NCBI GenBank assembly: GCA_965644265.1
Contig: OZ286460.1
Coordinates: 98,456,001 to 98,520,000, forward strand
Reading direction: 5' to 3'
Length of the DNA stretch: 64,000 nucleotides
Source of the DNA: Glycera tridactyla
Lineage: Eukaryota
Positions 62,916-64,000 of this stretch are shown one piece after another. The notes under the pieces are model-generated. The model made no database searches. It was not told the DNA's origin and saw only the letters and a program-made list of their open reading frames with translations. Every line of letters starts with the position of its first letter. Positions within the stretch are counted from its first letter, which is position 1. The translations under genes were made by a program, and so were the position numbers.

Positions 62916-64000
62916 CTGAAAGGAGACAAGAACATATCTGTGAATCAACATGATAACGGAAAAGACATGAACAGGACGTCTGGAATGAAAGGGAGAAAAT
63001 GTTGAATTGAAAATGAGAAAGCTGAGACACCGATTTGACAGATTGAGCAGTCTGCAAAAGAAATATTGAATAGGGAATACAGTCAACAGAAAACGTAGTT
63101 CGAGGTTGGATTGTTACAGGATGATTGATCAGCCATTCATGATGTCATCTAAACTGTCATTATGGACTGAGAAGATTGATTGATTGAGTAGGGCTTAACG
63201 TCTCTTCAACCAAGGCAGGATTATTCAAGACTTAAGTTATGGTCGGTTCTAAAATATAGTCTAGACAANNNNNNNNNNNNNNNNNNNNNNNNNNNNNNNN
63301 NNNNNNNNNNNNNNNNNNNNNNNNNNNNNNNNNNNNNNNNNNNNNNNNNNNNNNNNNNNNNNNNNNNNNNNNNNNNNNNNNNNNNNNNNNNNNNNNNNNN
63401 NNNNNNNNCTCAGCAGAGCTCATGTTTCACATTACAGAGTGACCAATCTCACAGAAGACGGAAGAGAAGGATGTTAGAAATGTTACACTACACTGATGAA
63501 GGAGCAGGAGCAAAACCAGCATCCCTTGTGGTCAGTCCAGTTGTAATACAGAAGAAAGAAATAGGCCTGTAGGTCACAAATGGTCAGAAAGCAAAGAAGT
63601 AAATTATGAACATGATTCAATGAGCCAACATCATTTACCATAATTTTTCCTGAACACAAAATATCTGTGGACTTACTACCTTGAATGAGTGTGCCTCTAA
63701 TCCAAGGTGTGTTTCATTTTCTGTCAGTTGAAGACCGAGTCAGTTAAAGACAGAATTTATAGAGACACATTACAGCAAATGCATGTGACAACTATTTTGA
63801 CTGGATAAGTCTGGACCTGAACATCACTCTAGCTGGGCATAGACCTAGTATTTTGCAAGCAATGATAGAAAACAAGATGATCGAAAGGCAAATTATCTGC
63901 CAGTAAGAATTGTTCAAGTTTCAACCTCTTTGCTCTCTTTCTGGAGTGATATCAATACAGTTTACATGGGAAAGATATCATTGAGAAATGAGTTGTGATG

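Noticed and set aside
63677-63720. Possible minus-strand exon with GTAAGT donor
   Set aside because: It does not encode the expected calpain F.DP.FP/W.RP sequence, and its phase does not fit exon A.

Overview
Eukaryotic, repeat-rich animal DNA (probably a marine invertebrate; inferred from the repeat families and intron sizes). It is a draft assembly with six N gaps: 18899-19063, 30502-30728, 52159-52395, 54996-55128, 61527-61728 and 63269-63408. The window appears to lie inside one minus-strand gene, a classical calpain (CysPc protease plus C2-like domain III). I reconstructed eight GT-AG exons that splice in frame into 364 codons with an intact Cys/His/Asn triad. The N-terminal and C-terminal exons were not found and probably lie outside the window. 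The introns are packed with mobile DNA: (1) an apparently intact ~5.9-kb CR1/L2-group LINE, antisense to the host, whose inter-ORF spacer looks like a spliceosomal intron; (2) a 3.4-kb Helentron-associated (HINE/pearl-type) element carrying a 170-bp tandem array with a 4-monomer higher-order repeat; (3) a piggyBac-type non-autonomous element with internal 161-bp repeats; (4) hAT-like elements with non-canonical 5-bp and 6-bp target duplications; (5) many TA-flanked Tc1/mariner-type MITEs. No rRNA, tRNA or CRISPR features were found.
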